Part shown: piece after piece, positions 49,452-58,605 of the stretch | Layout: each line of letters begins with the position of its first letter | Position numbering within the stretch: position 1 is the stretch's first letter | Assembly: GCA_977020255.1 (NCBI GenBank) | Contig: CDROCS010001089.1 | Coordinates: 124,001 to 188,000, forward strand | Source of the DNA: Obrimoposthia wandeli | Taxonomy: Eukaryota | Length of the DNA: 64,000 nt | Direction of reading: 5' to 3' | Made by a program: the position numbers and the translations under genes | Notes under the pieces: generated by a model | Database searches by the model: none | What the model was told of the DNA's origin: nothing | The model's input: only the letters and a program-made list of their open reading frames with translations

Positions 49452-50450
49452 TTAAAGACTGCTGCGTAGCGATACTAATTCAAACAAACAGTCTCCGCGC
49501 TGAGTCAATGCCATTGCCCGCTGACAAATAACAATCCCTTCTACCTCAGTATACACTTTGGTCACCTCAGATAAAGGCGTTTGCGGATGGTAAATACAAG
49601 CGAGTAATTGCCCTTTATCAACCCAGTCACCTAGCTTCACCTGCGGCTCGAATAAACCATCAGTGTAAGAAAATATTAACTGCTCATCCATACTTTCTAC
49701 GTACCTAGTTGCATTGGGAAGCTTAAGTTCAACAGAGTTCTTACACAGCTGTACAGCTGAAAAAAAGCGTAATAGGGAGCATTGGAATTTCTGTCTATAT
49801 TGACTATTCACCCGTCCGCCACCACCGAGTTCGACAGTCACTGCACAGGCTCCTTGACGATAAGCTGCTGAGGTAGCAAACCAGCCTTGGGTATCTTCAC
49901 TAAATAACAATGTATGAGGTAATGCCAAGCTTTCTAGCATCACTTTTAGCCGCTCTTGGTGCGCTGCACTGCCTTCTATATTAGCCATCGCTAGTGGCAA
50001 ATATTCAAGGGACTGACCTCCAGAGTGGATATCGATAAAGTAATCAGCACCCGCTAACAGCACCGTTTCAATATAATTTGCCATCACCGCAGTCGTTGTC
50101 CCCTGTGAATCGCCTGGGAAGATCCGATTTAAATTAAGCTGGTCCAAAGGTGAGGTGCGCTGCCCAGCTTGCGCGGCTGGGAAGTTTGCCATCGGTAACA
50201 AGATAAGCTGTCCTGCAATGTCTGCAGCCTCGATAGTGGCTATCAATTGTTGAACGATAATCTGCCCTTCGTACTCGTCCCCATGATTACCGGCCATCAC
50301 TACAATCTTAGGCCCATGGCCGCGCTTAATACTGACAATGGGAACAGGTATCCATCCATAAGCTGAACGAGATACTGAATGGGCTAAACGTAGATAGCCA
50401 CAATGCTTACCTTGTGCATCAAAATCTACTTCACTGGTTATTAACGACAA
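49452..50450 (-). CDS. Succinylglutamate desuccinylase/aspartoacylase family deacylase (DoeB-like)
   Basis: GNHGDEYEG, NLNRIFPG, DIHSGG and VELGGG. Confidence 0.88.
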   Translation of the reverse strand: MSLITSEVDFDAQGKHCGYLRLAHSVSRSAYGWIPVPIVSIKRGHGPKIVVMAGNHGDEYEGQIIVQQLIATIEAADIAGQLILLPMANFPAAQAGQRTSPLDQLNLNRIFPGDSQGTTTAVMANYIETVLLAGADYFIDIHSGGQSLEYLPLAMANIEGSAAHQERLKVMLESLALPHTLLFSEDTQGWFATSAAYRQGACAVTVELGGGGRVNSQYRQKFQCSLLRFFSAVQLCKNSVELKLPNATRYVESMDEQLIFSYTDGLFEPQVKLGDWVDKGQLLACIYHPQTPLSEVTKVYTEVEGIVICQRAMALTQRGDCLFELVSLRSSL

Positions 50451-50541
50451 AGGGACTTACCTCACGGTGCTAACAAGTTCACGCCCTAAAGGGCGGGGAA
50501 TTAGACCCTTGATGATTTAGGCTCCGCCTAATTCATCTCTA

Positions 50542-51570
50542 TTAAATTTGAATCGCAGCGATAAAGCCTGCCACATCACTCTCTTTAGTCGCCCAACTAG
50601 TGACTAATCGATAGCAATCTTGACCTTCCACTGGCCAGTGATACAAAGCATAACCTTGCTCTTTTGCACTTTGCCATTGCGCGGTGCTCAAAGATACAAA
50701 TAGCTGATTGGTTTGAGCGGGAAAATAACAAGTGCCGAGGCCTTTCTCAACTATCTTATCAGCCACTAGCTTCGCCATTTGGTTGGCATGGCTGGCGTTT
50801 TTCAGCCACAGGTCATTCTCAAAATATCCAAGTAATTGAGCGGATAAAAATCTCATCTTAGACGCTAAATGGCCAGTTTGTTTAGCATGCGCTCGTATAT
50901 TAGCGGCCAGAGAGGGATCAAAAACGACCAGAGCTTCAGCTCCAAAAGTGCCGTTTTTGCTGGCACCAAACGTCATGGCATCCACTCCACTGCGACAACT
51001 TAAATCCCCGGGGTGACAGCCAATAGATGCCACTGCGTTGGCAAATCTAGCGCCATCGACAAAGTATTTCAATTGGTGACGCTGGCAAATTTCACCCAGC
51101 TCATTGGTCTGCTCACAGCTGTAACTACGGCCATACTCTGTTGCTTGAGTGATCGCTAAAACCGCAGGCGGCGGGCTGTGTATGTCGGTGATATCAAGCG
51201 CTTGTAGGTATTCATTGAGCAATTGACTATCAATTCTGTCTAGATCGGTTCCCAGTGTAGTAAGCCTAGCACCGCCGGTAAATAGCTGCGGTGCTGTGCT
51301 TTCAGAAACCGCTAAATGGCTATTAGGATGACAGATAATACTTTGCCGACCATGACACATTTGTCCTAGCGCTAGACAGTTAGCAGCCGTGCCTGTCAAT
51401 ACTGGAAATACGAAGACTTGTTGATCAAAAATAGCCGAGACGCAATCATTGAGCTGCGCAGTTAAAACGTCATCACCATAAGGTAAGTCATAGCCGCTTT
51501 GGGCATGTTTCTCGACATAGCGCCAGACCTCTGGGCTTGCTGGTGCAGTATTGTCTGATAAAAACATCAC
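50542..51570 (-). CDS. Low-specificity L-threonine aldolase family (PLP)
   Basis: FLSDN, GTAANCLAL, TQATEYG, DGARFANA, PLP lysine GASKNG and SKMRFLSAQ. Confidence 0.88.
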   Translation of the reverse strand: MMFLSDNTAPASPEVWRYVEKHAQSGYDLPYGDDVLTAQLNDCVSAIFDQQVFVFPVLTGTAANCLALGQMCHGRQSIICHPNSHLAVSESTAPQLFTGGARLTTLGTDLDRIDSQLLNEYLQALDITDIHSPPPAVLAITQATEYGRSYSCEQTNELGEICQRHQLKYFVDGARFANAVASIGCHPGDLSCRSGVDAMTFGASKNGTFGAEALVVFDPSLAANIRAHAKQTGHLASKMRFLSAQLLGYFENDLWLKNASHANQMAKLVADKIVEKGLGTCYFPAQTNQLFVSLSTAQWQSAKEQGYALYHWPVEGQDCYRLVTSWATKESDVAGFIAAIQI

Positions 51571-51685
51571 TCTATCCTTGGTGAAAATAATAATTATTGT
51601 GGCTATGCAAATTTTTGGAGGTTTTTTTAAATATAAAAAAATCGTTCAAGACAGTTGATCATTGAGCATTTTCTTCATAATATAC

Positions 51686-51705
51686 TTATTATACATTTGA
51701 ATAAC
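51686..51705. promoter_or_regulatory. Operator candidate upstream of the dioxygenase
   Basis: TTATTATACATTTGAATAAC, an imperfect palindrome 15/20 identical to 53660-53679. Confidence 0.55.
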
Positions 51706-51722
51706 AAGAGGAGTTTTGGCTA

Positions 51723-52853
51723 ATGATGATACAAACTGCAACCGCCTCATTCGAAGGCTTGGTGGTCATTTGGGCTGATAAAAGTTCGAAGACATTCCCA
51801 TGGCTTTGGGTGATGGATCACGGTGAAGACGAGAAAAGCATGAATAGCCAAACCTTACAGAGAAACATTGATACCTTCTCACTCAATCAAGATCTAAGAG
51901 GGGTGCAGGTCACATTACTCGATCAAGAGCAGCAAATTGATATTAGCTGGAACAACGGTGAGCAAACGACTATTTCTTGTTTACGACTCGCTCAGGTAGT
52001 TGGTAAAGCGCTCGATGATAATCAACTCTCACACGCAACCAACAAGGTGCTCTGGCAACAAGATGCCATGCTCAATGAAGTTCCCAGTATTGACTATCAA
52101 GAAATCGTCGACGGCGATCAGGGCGTTTTGAATTGGCTGAGCCAGATTGATCGATATGGTTTTTGTTTGGTTAACGGGACGACAGCCAGTGAACAAGGTA
52201 CCGTTAATTTAGCCGAGCAACTTGCGCCTGCTCAACGCACAATTTTCGGTACTTATTGGCCGTTATCCACTGAAGTTAAACACCACGACGATACGGCGTA
52301 TACGACCAGCTTTCTGTCCCCTCATACCGATGCATCATATCACTGCAATGCTCCGGGCTTACAAATGTTCAATTGCCTGGAGTTTGATGGGCAAGGGGGA
52401 GAGAGCTTAATTGTAGATGGCTTCGCCATTGCTGAAAAAATCCGCCAACAGCGACCCGACCTTTATCAAGTACTCTGCCAAGTCAATGTGCCAGGTCACT
52501 ATAAAGAAGACCATGTTCACTTAGCGGCACAGCGCCCGGCTATTCGACACGATCGTCACGGCGATCTTGAACAAATCACTTTCAACAATTACGACCGCTC
52601 ACCATTTTTATTACCGGATGCGCAACAGGCTCTGTTTTACGAAGCTTACGCAGAATTTAACCGCCACAGTATGAATCAGGCTAATTGGATCAAAATTCCT
52701 TTACGACCAGGTATGGCCTTAATTTTTGATAACTGGCGCTGCCTACACGGAAGAATGAGCTATTCAGGTAAACGTTATTTCTACGGCTGCTACCATGACC
52801 ATGCTGAATATCAAAGCAGGATACGGACGCTACAAAAGGAGCTTTCCTCTTAG
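51723..52853 (+). CDS. Fe(II)/2-oxoglutarate dioxygenase, trimethyllysine dioxygenase-like (TMLD/BBOX family)
   Basis: GBBH-like N-domain (WLWVMDH..TLQR), DTAYT..PHTDASY (HxD), DGFAIAE, FNNYDR, DNWRCLHGR and RYFYGCY. Confidence 0.85.
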   Translation: MMIQTATASFEGLVVIWADKSSKTFPWLWVMDHGEDEKSMNSQTLQRNIDTFSLNQDLRGVQVTLLDQEQQIDISWNNGEQTTISCLRLAQVVGKALDDNQLSHATNKVLWQQDAMLNEVPSIDYQEIVDGDQGVLNWLSQIDRYGFCLVNGTTASEQGTVNLAEQLAPAQRTIFGTYWPLSTEVKHHDDTAYTTSFLSPHTDASYHCNAPGLQMFNCLEFDGQGGESLIVDGFAIAEKIRQQRPDLYQVLCQVNVPGHYKEDHVHLAAQRPAIRHDRHGDLEQITFNNYDRSPFLLPDAQQALFYEAYAEFNRHSMNQANWIKIPLRPGMALIFDNWRCLHGRMSYSGKRYFYGCYHDHAEYQSRIRTLQKELSS

Positions 52854-52940
52854 GAAACATCCCTTATCTGCCCGCTGCTACCTCTCACAGTCAGCGCTGT
52901 GAGGGGCTATCTCACAGCCTCTAAAACCTAGAGAGAAGCA

Positions 52941-53570
52941 CTATAGATTCTCTAACTTTAAAAGAGACTGCACCGACGAAACACCCAGTTCTATAAACTC
53001 TTCTTGATCAAAGAGCTCTATTGCCATGCAACCTTCGACCCAAAGTCCATCAATTAGCGCGTTCACTGCAATGGATAGTCTCTTAATTTTTTGTTTATCT
53101 AACTCTCTTCCAAGTTCGATAAAGACCTCAAGTATTAGTGCTTCACAGACGTTGCGAAATTCGAGATAGGCCTCTCGATGAATGATTGAAATTTCTGGTA
53201 CTGCATTCATCAAACTGGTGAATGACGCCCATAACTTATGATTACGTGGCTGCATAACTGGTGGTTTCAAAGAGGTTTCAATGAACAATCGTAACCTAGA
53301 ACAAGCTGTTGATTCACAATGCTCCAAGACCTGCACTGCCTGTTGAGTCATCGTTGACATTGTCACTTGGTAGGTCGCGCGTAATAATGATGCTTTATCG
53401 GGAAAATAGTGGCGTAACAGTCCGGGCGTCACTCCTGCTATATCTGCTATCTTACGCGTGGTCGCAGCACCTATACCACCTTGTATAATACATTCTTGAG
53501 TGGCGAAAATTAGATCTGCGCGTCTCTCTTCCTCGCTAGCGCGGCGAAACGATCGTCGTGGGGTGGTCAT
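52941..53570 (-). CDS. TetR-family regulator, BetI-like
   Basis: RRADLIFAT..ATTRKIADIAGVTPGLLRHYFPDK HTH and a BetI-type C-domain (ALIDGLWVE). Confidence 0.85.
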   Translation of the reverse strand: MTTPRRSFRRASEEERRADLIFATQECIIQGGIGAATTRKIADIAGVTPGLLRHYFPDKASLLRATYQVTMSTMTQQAVQVLEHCESTACSRLRLFIETSLKPPVMQPRNHKLWASFTSLMNAVPEISIIHREAYLEFRNVCEALILEVFIELGRELDKQKIKRLSIAVNALIDGLWVEGCMAIELFDQEEFIELGVSSVQSLLKLENL

Positions 53571-53659
53571 AGTTTCTAGGTTCCAACAATAGTCGAGACA
53601 ATCGAAATATATTACTCGATTTTAGTCATTCGACCAAATATTATCAATACAGCTGTTGC

Positions 53660-53679
53660 TTGTTATACGATTGAGTAAT
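53660..53679. promoter_or_regulatory. Operator candidate upstream of the ABC operon
   Basis: TTGTTATACGATTGAGTAAT, matching 51686-51705. Confidence 0.55.
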
Positions 53680-53683
53680 AGTA

Positions 53684-54520
53684 TTGATGGATAACTTTAG
53701 AGGTAAAGCAATGCTGGCAAGCAACAATAAAAAACAAAAAATTGCCGATTCCACCACCCACGATGTAGCAATAAGCATTCGCGGTCTAAGAAAATCATAC
53801 GATGGAATTGAAGTATTAAAAGGCGTTGATTTAACGGCAAAACAAGGCGATATCATCGCTATTATAGGGGGGAGTGGTTCTGGTAAATCGACTTTACTAC
53901 GCTGTATCAATCTATTGGAAATACCCTCGGCTGGAGAAGTCGCAATCAATGGCGAAGTTATTCGCATGAAGCAGACTTCTGAAGGCCCCAAGCCCGCAGA
54001 TAAAAAACAAGTCAAGCGCCTTAGATCTAAGCTGGCAATGGTTTTTCAAAACTTTAACTTGTGGCAGCACCTTACATTAATAGAAAACCTTACTGCAGCT
54101 CCCACTATTGTGCATGGCATCGATAAAAAAAGCGCCATACAACTGGCCAAACAATTATTAAAACGGGTCGGCCTAAGCGATAAAGAACAAAGTTACCCTG
54201 CTTTTTTGTCGGGCGGTCAGCAACAACGTGTTGCTATTGCCAGGGCTGTGGCTGTTCAGCCCAGCGTGATGTTATTTGATGAACCCACTTCAGCACTAGA
54301 CCCTGAGTTAGTTGGTGAAGTTCTCAAAGTGATAGAGGACCTCGCGAATGAAGGTCGCACCATGATACTCGTCACCCATGAAATGAAATTTGCCCGTGAA
54401 GTAGCCAGCCATGTCGTCTTTCTCCATCAAGGTGTTATTGAAGAAGAAGGCCCCCCTGAGCAAATATTTAATCAGCCCAAATCAGAACGTTTGAAGCAAT
54501 TTATCAGTTCCGTTCGATAA
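53684..54520 (+). CDS. Polar amino-acid ABC transporter ATPase (HisP/AotP-like; likely start ATG 53711)
   Basis: [22 protein letters not shown] and [25 protein letters not shown] precedes 53711. Confidence 0.93.
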   Translation: MMDNFRGKAMLASNNKKQKIADSTTHDVAISIRGLRKSYDGIEVLKGVDLTAKQGDIIAIIGGSGSGKSTLLRCINLLEIPSAGEVAINGEVIRMKQTSEGPKPADKKQVKRLRSKLAMVFQNFNLWQHLTLIENLTAAPTIVHGIDKKSAIQLAKQLLKRVGLSDKEQSYPAFLSGGQQQRVAIARAVAVQPSVMLFDEPTSALDPELVGEVLKVIEDLANEGRTMILVTHEMKFAREVASHVVFLHQGVIEEEGPPEQIFNQPKSERLKQFISSVR

Positions 54521-54563
54521 TTCAGCTGAAAACAATTTTTTTACCATTAGGAGATAATAATAA

Positions 54564-55346
54564 ATGAAGATTCTAAATAAACATGCCGTCGTTGGTGCCT
54601 TGATGGCCATGGTCGTCGCACCATCAGCTTTCGCTGATGTTGTTAAAGTCGGCATTGCTGCTGAACCTTACCCTCCCTTTGCTTCAACCGATGTCTCTGG
54701 TAAATGGCAAGGTTGGGAAGTCGATATGATAGGCGCCATTTGCACGACCGCTAAGCTCGATTGCAAAATTACTCCGATCGCTTGGGATGGAATCATTCCA
54801 GCACTCAATAGTAAAAAAATTGATATGGTAATGGCATCATTATCGATTACCCCTGACCGCCTTAAAGTCATCGACTTCTCAGATAAATACTACAATACAC
54901 CTGCGGTAATTATCGGTGATAAGAACGTTGAAATTGGCGTGACAGCAGAGAGTATGAAAGGTAAAATCATTGGTGTCCAAAGCGGTACAATTCACCGTAA
55001 ATACGTACTAAAACACTTTGCTGATGCAGTGGATTCCATTAAAGAATACCAAACGCAAGATGAGGCAAACCAAGATTTAGCCGCTGGACGCATTGACGCA
55101 TTACAAGCGGATTCTCTCGCCATGGCAGATTTTGTAAGTTCAGACCAAGGAAAAATGTGTTGTGAAGTTAAAGGCGAAGTCGCCGCTGACTTAGACATCT
55201 TAGGCCCAGGTGTGGGTGCCGGTATACGCAAAGGTGATGACGCGTTGAGAACGGCGGTAAATTCTGCCATTAAAACGCTGCGTGAGAATGGCGAGTACAT
55301 GAAAATTTCTAAAAAATACTTTAGCTTTGACCCATACGGCAGCTAA
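54564..55346 (+). CDS. Polar amino-acid ABC substrate-binding protein (family 3, LAO/HisJ-like)
   Basis: Signal peptide, EPYPPF, WDGIIPAL, SLSITPDR, GVQSGT and DLAAGRID. Confidence 0.92.
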   Translation: MKILNKHAVVGALMAMVVAPSAFADVVKVGIAAEPYPPFASTDVSGKWQGWEVDMIGAICTTAKLDCKITPIAWDGIIPALNSKKIDMVMASLSITPDRLKVIDFSDKYYNTPAVIIGDKNVEIGVTAESMKGKIIGVQSGTIHRKYVLKHFADAVDSIKEYQTQDEANQDLAAGRIDALQADSLAMADFVSSDQGKMCCEVKGEVAADLDILGPGVGAGIRKGDDALRTAVNSAIKTLRENGEYMKISKKYFSFDPYGS

Positions 55347-55360
55347 TCGACATATTAATC

Positions 55361-55382
55361 GCGGCCTATTTATATAGGCCGC
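55361..55382 (+). terminator. Stem-loop after the SBP gene
   Basis: GCGGCCTAT-TTAT-ATAGGCCGC. Confidence 0.5.
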
Positions 55383-55435
55383 TTGTCATATCTTTGCTTA
55401 TATCTAGCATCTTTTTTATCGCGCGTTGATCCCTC

Positions 55436-56188
55436 TTGGGAGAGTCAGTTTTGGATACCATATCTTCGTTTTTCGAAAGTTTACAATTACTATCACTCAC
55501 ACCTCCTGGCTGGGGCGGTAATTTATTAAGGGGCTTATTGCACTCCTTAGAAATAGCCTTAGGAGGGTATTCATTCGGCTTAGTGATTGGTGTATTGGGT
55601 GCTTGCGGAAAGCTCTATGCTGGCGCGTTCGTACGGGATACTCTCGCCTGCTACACCACGTTAGTGCGCGCAGTACCTGAACTCATTCTCATTTTACTAT
55701 TTTACTATGCGGGTACTGACTTACTTAACCAGTTTATGCATTTAATCGGCCGGGATCCTATCGATGTCGATGGTTTAGTCGCTGGCATATTTGTTATTGG
55801 TTTAGTACAAGGTGCCTATGCTACTGAAGTTATCCGCGGCGCTATATTAGCGGTGCCAAAAGGTCAGCTAGAAGCTGCTAGAGCCTATGGGTTTTCATTT
55901 TGGCAAACGATGCGTAGTATCACATTACCCGCCATGCTGCCTTACGCGATCCCTGGGCTAGCGAACCTCTGGTTGATTGCAACTAAAGACACTGCTTTAT
56001 TAGCTGTAGTCGGTTTTAGCGAACTCACGTTAGAGACAAAACAAGCCGCCGGTTCAACTAAACACTATATGCTGTTTTACTGCGCGGCAGGCGTGCTCTA
56101 CTTGATGGTGACGTTAATTTCTAACCAACTAATTCAACGTATTGAAGCTTGGTCCAGACGTGGTTTTGCTGAGAGAGGCGCATCATGA
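55436..56188 (+). CDS. Amino-acid ABC permease (HisQ-like)
   Basis: RAVPEL and EAA loop GAYATEVIRGAILAVPKGQLEAARAYG. Confidence 0.92.
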   Translation: MGESVLDTISSFFESLQLLSLTPPGWGGNLLRGLLHSLEIALGGYSFGLVIGVLGACGKLYAGAFVRDTLACYTTLVRAVPELILILLFYYAGTDLLNQFMHLIGRDPIDVDGLVAGIFVIGLVQGAYATEVIRGAILAVPKGQLEAARAYGFSFWQTMRSITLPAMLPYAIPGLANLWLIATKDTALLAVVGFSELTLETKQAAGSTKHYMLFYCAAGVLYLMVTLISNQLIQRIEAWSRRGFAERGAS

Positions 56189-56958
56189 TTACTCCCAAGC
56201 CTTTTTGGAGTCCACATCGATTCCTGCTTGCCGCTATCGGTATTGGCATTATTATCAGCTGCGCAATTTTCATGCGCTGGGACTGGCTACCCGATTATTA
56301 CGAGATAATATTAGCGGGTATTTGGCGAACAATTTGGTTACTAGTGATCAGTGTTGCTCTTGGCTTTGCCCTTGCGCTACCGATTGGCCTTGTCCAAGTG
56401 CGAGGCCCCAAGCCTCTGGCTATTTTAGCCCGTCAATTTTGTACCATAATTCGCGGTACCCCGTTGCTATTACAGCTGTGGTTACTCTATTACGGTTTAG
56501 GCTCGGTGTTCTCAACCATTCCCGAAATACGGGGTTCAGCAATGTGGCCGTATTTGCGCCAAGCTTGGCCTTATGCACTGTTGTGTTTAACCTTATCGTT
56601 TGCCGCTTATGAAGGGGAAATAATGCGTGGTGCCTTCCTCGGTGTACCTAAGGGAGAGCTTGAAGCTGGTCGTGCATATGGCTTTAGCGAAATGCAGTTG
56701 TTTCGTAAAATATGGCTACCTAGGGCGATTCAGCGAGCGCTACCAACACTGGGGGGCGAAGTAGTACTGCAGTTAAAGGCGACTCCGCTGGTAGCGACCA
56801 TTACCATGATTGATGTTTACGGTGCTTTTTCAAAGGTTCGCCAAGATATTTTCATTACTTACGAGCCTTTACTGCTGTTAGCGTTGATATATATGATTAT
56901 TGCTGGTTTTTTAGTGATGCTTTTTCGCTACATGGAAAACCGCCTTCCGACACAATAG
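56185..56958 (+). CDS. Amino-acid ABC permease (HisM-like)
   Basis: RGTPLLLQL and AAYEGEIMRGAFLGVPKGELEAGRAYG; overlaps the upstream permease by 4 bp. Confidence 0.92.
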   Translation: MITPKPFWSPHRFLLAAIGIGIIISCAIFMRWDWLPDYYEIILAGIWRTIWLLVISVALGFALALPIGLVQVRGPKPLAILARQFCTIIRGTPLLLQLWLLYYGLGSVFSTIPEIRGSAMWPYLRQAWPYALLCLTLSFAAYEGEIMRGAFLGVPKGELEAGRAYGFSEMQLFRKIWLPRAIQRALPTLGGEVVLQLKATPLVATITMIDVYGAFSKVRQDIFITYEPLLLLALIYMIIAGFLVMLFRYMENRLPTQ

Positions 56959-57088
56959 CTCCTTATAATTACCTCAACCGCTGCGTTAGGAATTTACAGG
57001 GATAGCTTTGTATAAATTATAGCTAGAAAAGTTGAAGCGTAACTAGACGCGTTAAACAACATCCTCTTTAACACTAAATCAATAGCCA

Positions 57089-57116
57089 CGCACTGTGAAA
57101 TAACAGTGCGCCTTTT
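57089..57116 (+). terminator. Intrinsic terminator candidate
   Basis: CGCACTGT-GAAATA-ACAGTGCG followed by CCTTTT. Confidence 0.5.
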
Positions 57117-57172
57117 TAGAATTGAATCCGAGGACTATTATGGGCGGCTTGCACACACCTATAATTTCAAGG

Positions 57173-57559
57173 TTATTTCATTGAACACAGGCCAAACATA
57201 TTTCCCTCTGTATCCATGCATACGCTGACCCAACCAAACTCTCCAATAGACATCTTAGATCTCATCACTTTACCGCCAGCATCACTGACACGTGATTCCT
57301 CTGATGAACAATCTTCAACGCCAAAATAAACTAAAGTCCCCCCTGTGACGGGGACTGATCCTGCTCTTTTTACCAGCGCCCCACCAGCCCCATAGTTTGC
57401 CATGTCAGTTGGGAAGCTCTTCATTAGTACACTACTATCTGTCGGATCTCCCATATCTTCTAGCTCTTTTTTAAAAACGGATTGATAGAAAGTAGCTGCT
57501 CTATTCATATCGTTTACATAGATATCAAACCATCCGATTGCATTTTGTCTCATGATCAT
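57173..57559 (-). CDS. VOC family protein
   Basis: IGWFDIYV..RAATFYQSVF, GTLVYF and DTEGNMFGL. Confidence 0.88.
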   Translation of the reverse strand: MIMRQNAIGWFDIYVNDMNRAATFYQSVFKKELEDMGDPTDSSVLMKSFPTDMANYGAGGALVKRAGSVPVTGGTLVYFGVEDCSSEESRVSDAGGKVMRSKMSIGEFGWVSVCMDTEGNMFGLCSMK

Positions 57560-57623
57560 CTTCCTTTTTGTTTATTAGTGATGATTCAGAGTAATCAGCT
57601 TTACCCCTTAAGTATTGTATAAA

Positions 57624-58364
57624 TCAGACATCAAACTTACGGTAATATTCAGCTGGAGTGTATCCTGTTATCTTTCGAAACGAATGAATAAAGTGTGATT
57701 GATCAGTATAAGAATCCAAATAGTGCTGTTTGAACGATTGCTGCAATCGCAATACTTTAAGCAAGTCATGGGGCGAAAATCCAGTGGATTTTTTAAGGAT
57801 ACGCTGTAGTTGTCGTGCTGACATCTGCGTGGCAATAGCCATATCGGCCACACTATGAATTGAATTTATATTTGATAGAATTTTGGCGGTTACAGCGTTA
57901 AATACTACTTTCTTGAGCTCGACTAGTTGCTGTACTAATCCGGATAAAACCAGCTGTTTAGCAGAAAAGTCTAATCTTGCAAGTTTATTACTTGTGCAAA
58001 TCAGCGGTAATTCACCAAGGTATGGAGTGCCTACAAAGCGATCAGTCGTTTCATTTTGATTGCCCTGCCATACTCCTGGAAAAAACTGGATGCCTACATA
58101 ATGGAATTCTGTGCCCAGATTAAGCTCTTCGTAAGTGGTACGAAGTGCTGTAACCCCGGCTATTTCAGTCTCTCTTTGATTAAACAAAATGTTCACGCAG
58201 GCATCCGGTAAAGCATGTAGACAAAAATCATCAGCTAATTTTATGTCGGTTTTTAGCTCCCAAAAACTATCCACTAGCTCAGAAAAAACGTTCGGTGGCT
58301 TCGCTTCTTGATAACTTACTGAGCTTACTGACTTTGCTATTCCGTCTTGTATTGGTTCATACAT
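57624..58364 (-). CDS. AraC-family regulator with a DUF6597-like N-domain
   Basis: LPDACVNILF, SARQLQRILKKSTGFSP and YTDQSHFIHSFRKITGYTP. Confidence 0.85.
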   Translation of the reverse strand: MYEPIQDGIAKSVSSVSYQEAKPPNVFSELVDSFWELKTDIKLADDFCLHALPDACVNILFNQRETEIAGVTALRTTYEELNLGTEFHYVGIQFFPGVWQGNQNETTDRFVGTPYLGELPLICTSNKLARLDFSAKQLVLSGLVQQLVELKKVVFNAVTAKILSNINSIHSVADMAIATQMSARQLQRILKKSTGFSPHDLLKVLRLQQSFKQHYLDSYTDQSHFIHSFRKITGYTPAEYYRKFDV

Positions 58365-58523
58365 ATTAAACCTTATTATCTGGTTGTATCACAAAATTTG
58401 TTGAGTAATTAGATAGTATCTGATTTTTGACGAGAAGGATAAATCGCGAGTTTGTTTTACAGGTAATTTAATTCTGTAATTGAAATGCCTAAAACGGGTA
58501 CTTGTAGATAGGTCCTCTGGGGA

Positions 58524-58557
58524 GCTCACAACTCGGCTTCAGTTGCGAGTTGCGAAA
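58524..58557. repeat. Short copy of the GTTGCGA motif in a hairpin
   Basis: GCTCACAACT-CGGCTTC-AGTTGCGAGTTGCGAAA: two heptamers ending GAAA, like the 3480 array. Confidence 0.55.
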
Positions 58558-58605
58558 AATGCTAAATAGCTAAACGTCAATAACTGGTGCTGCCTACTTA
58601 CCTAC

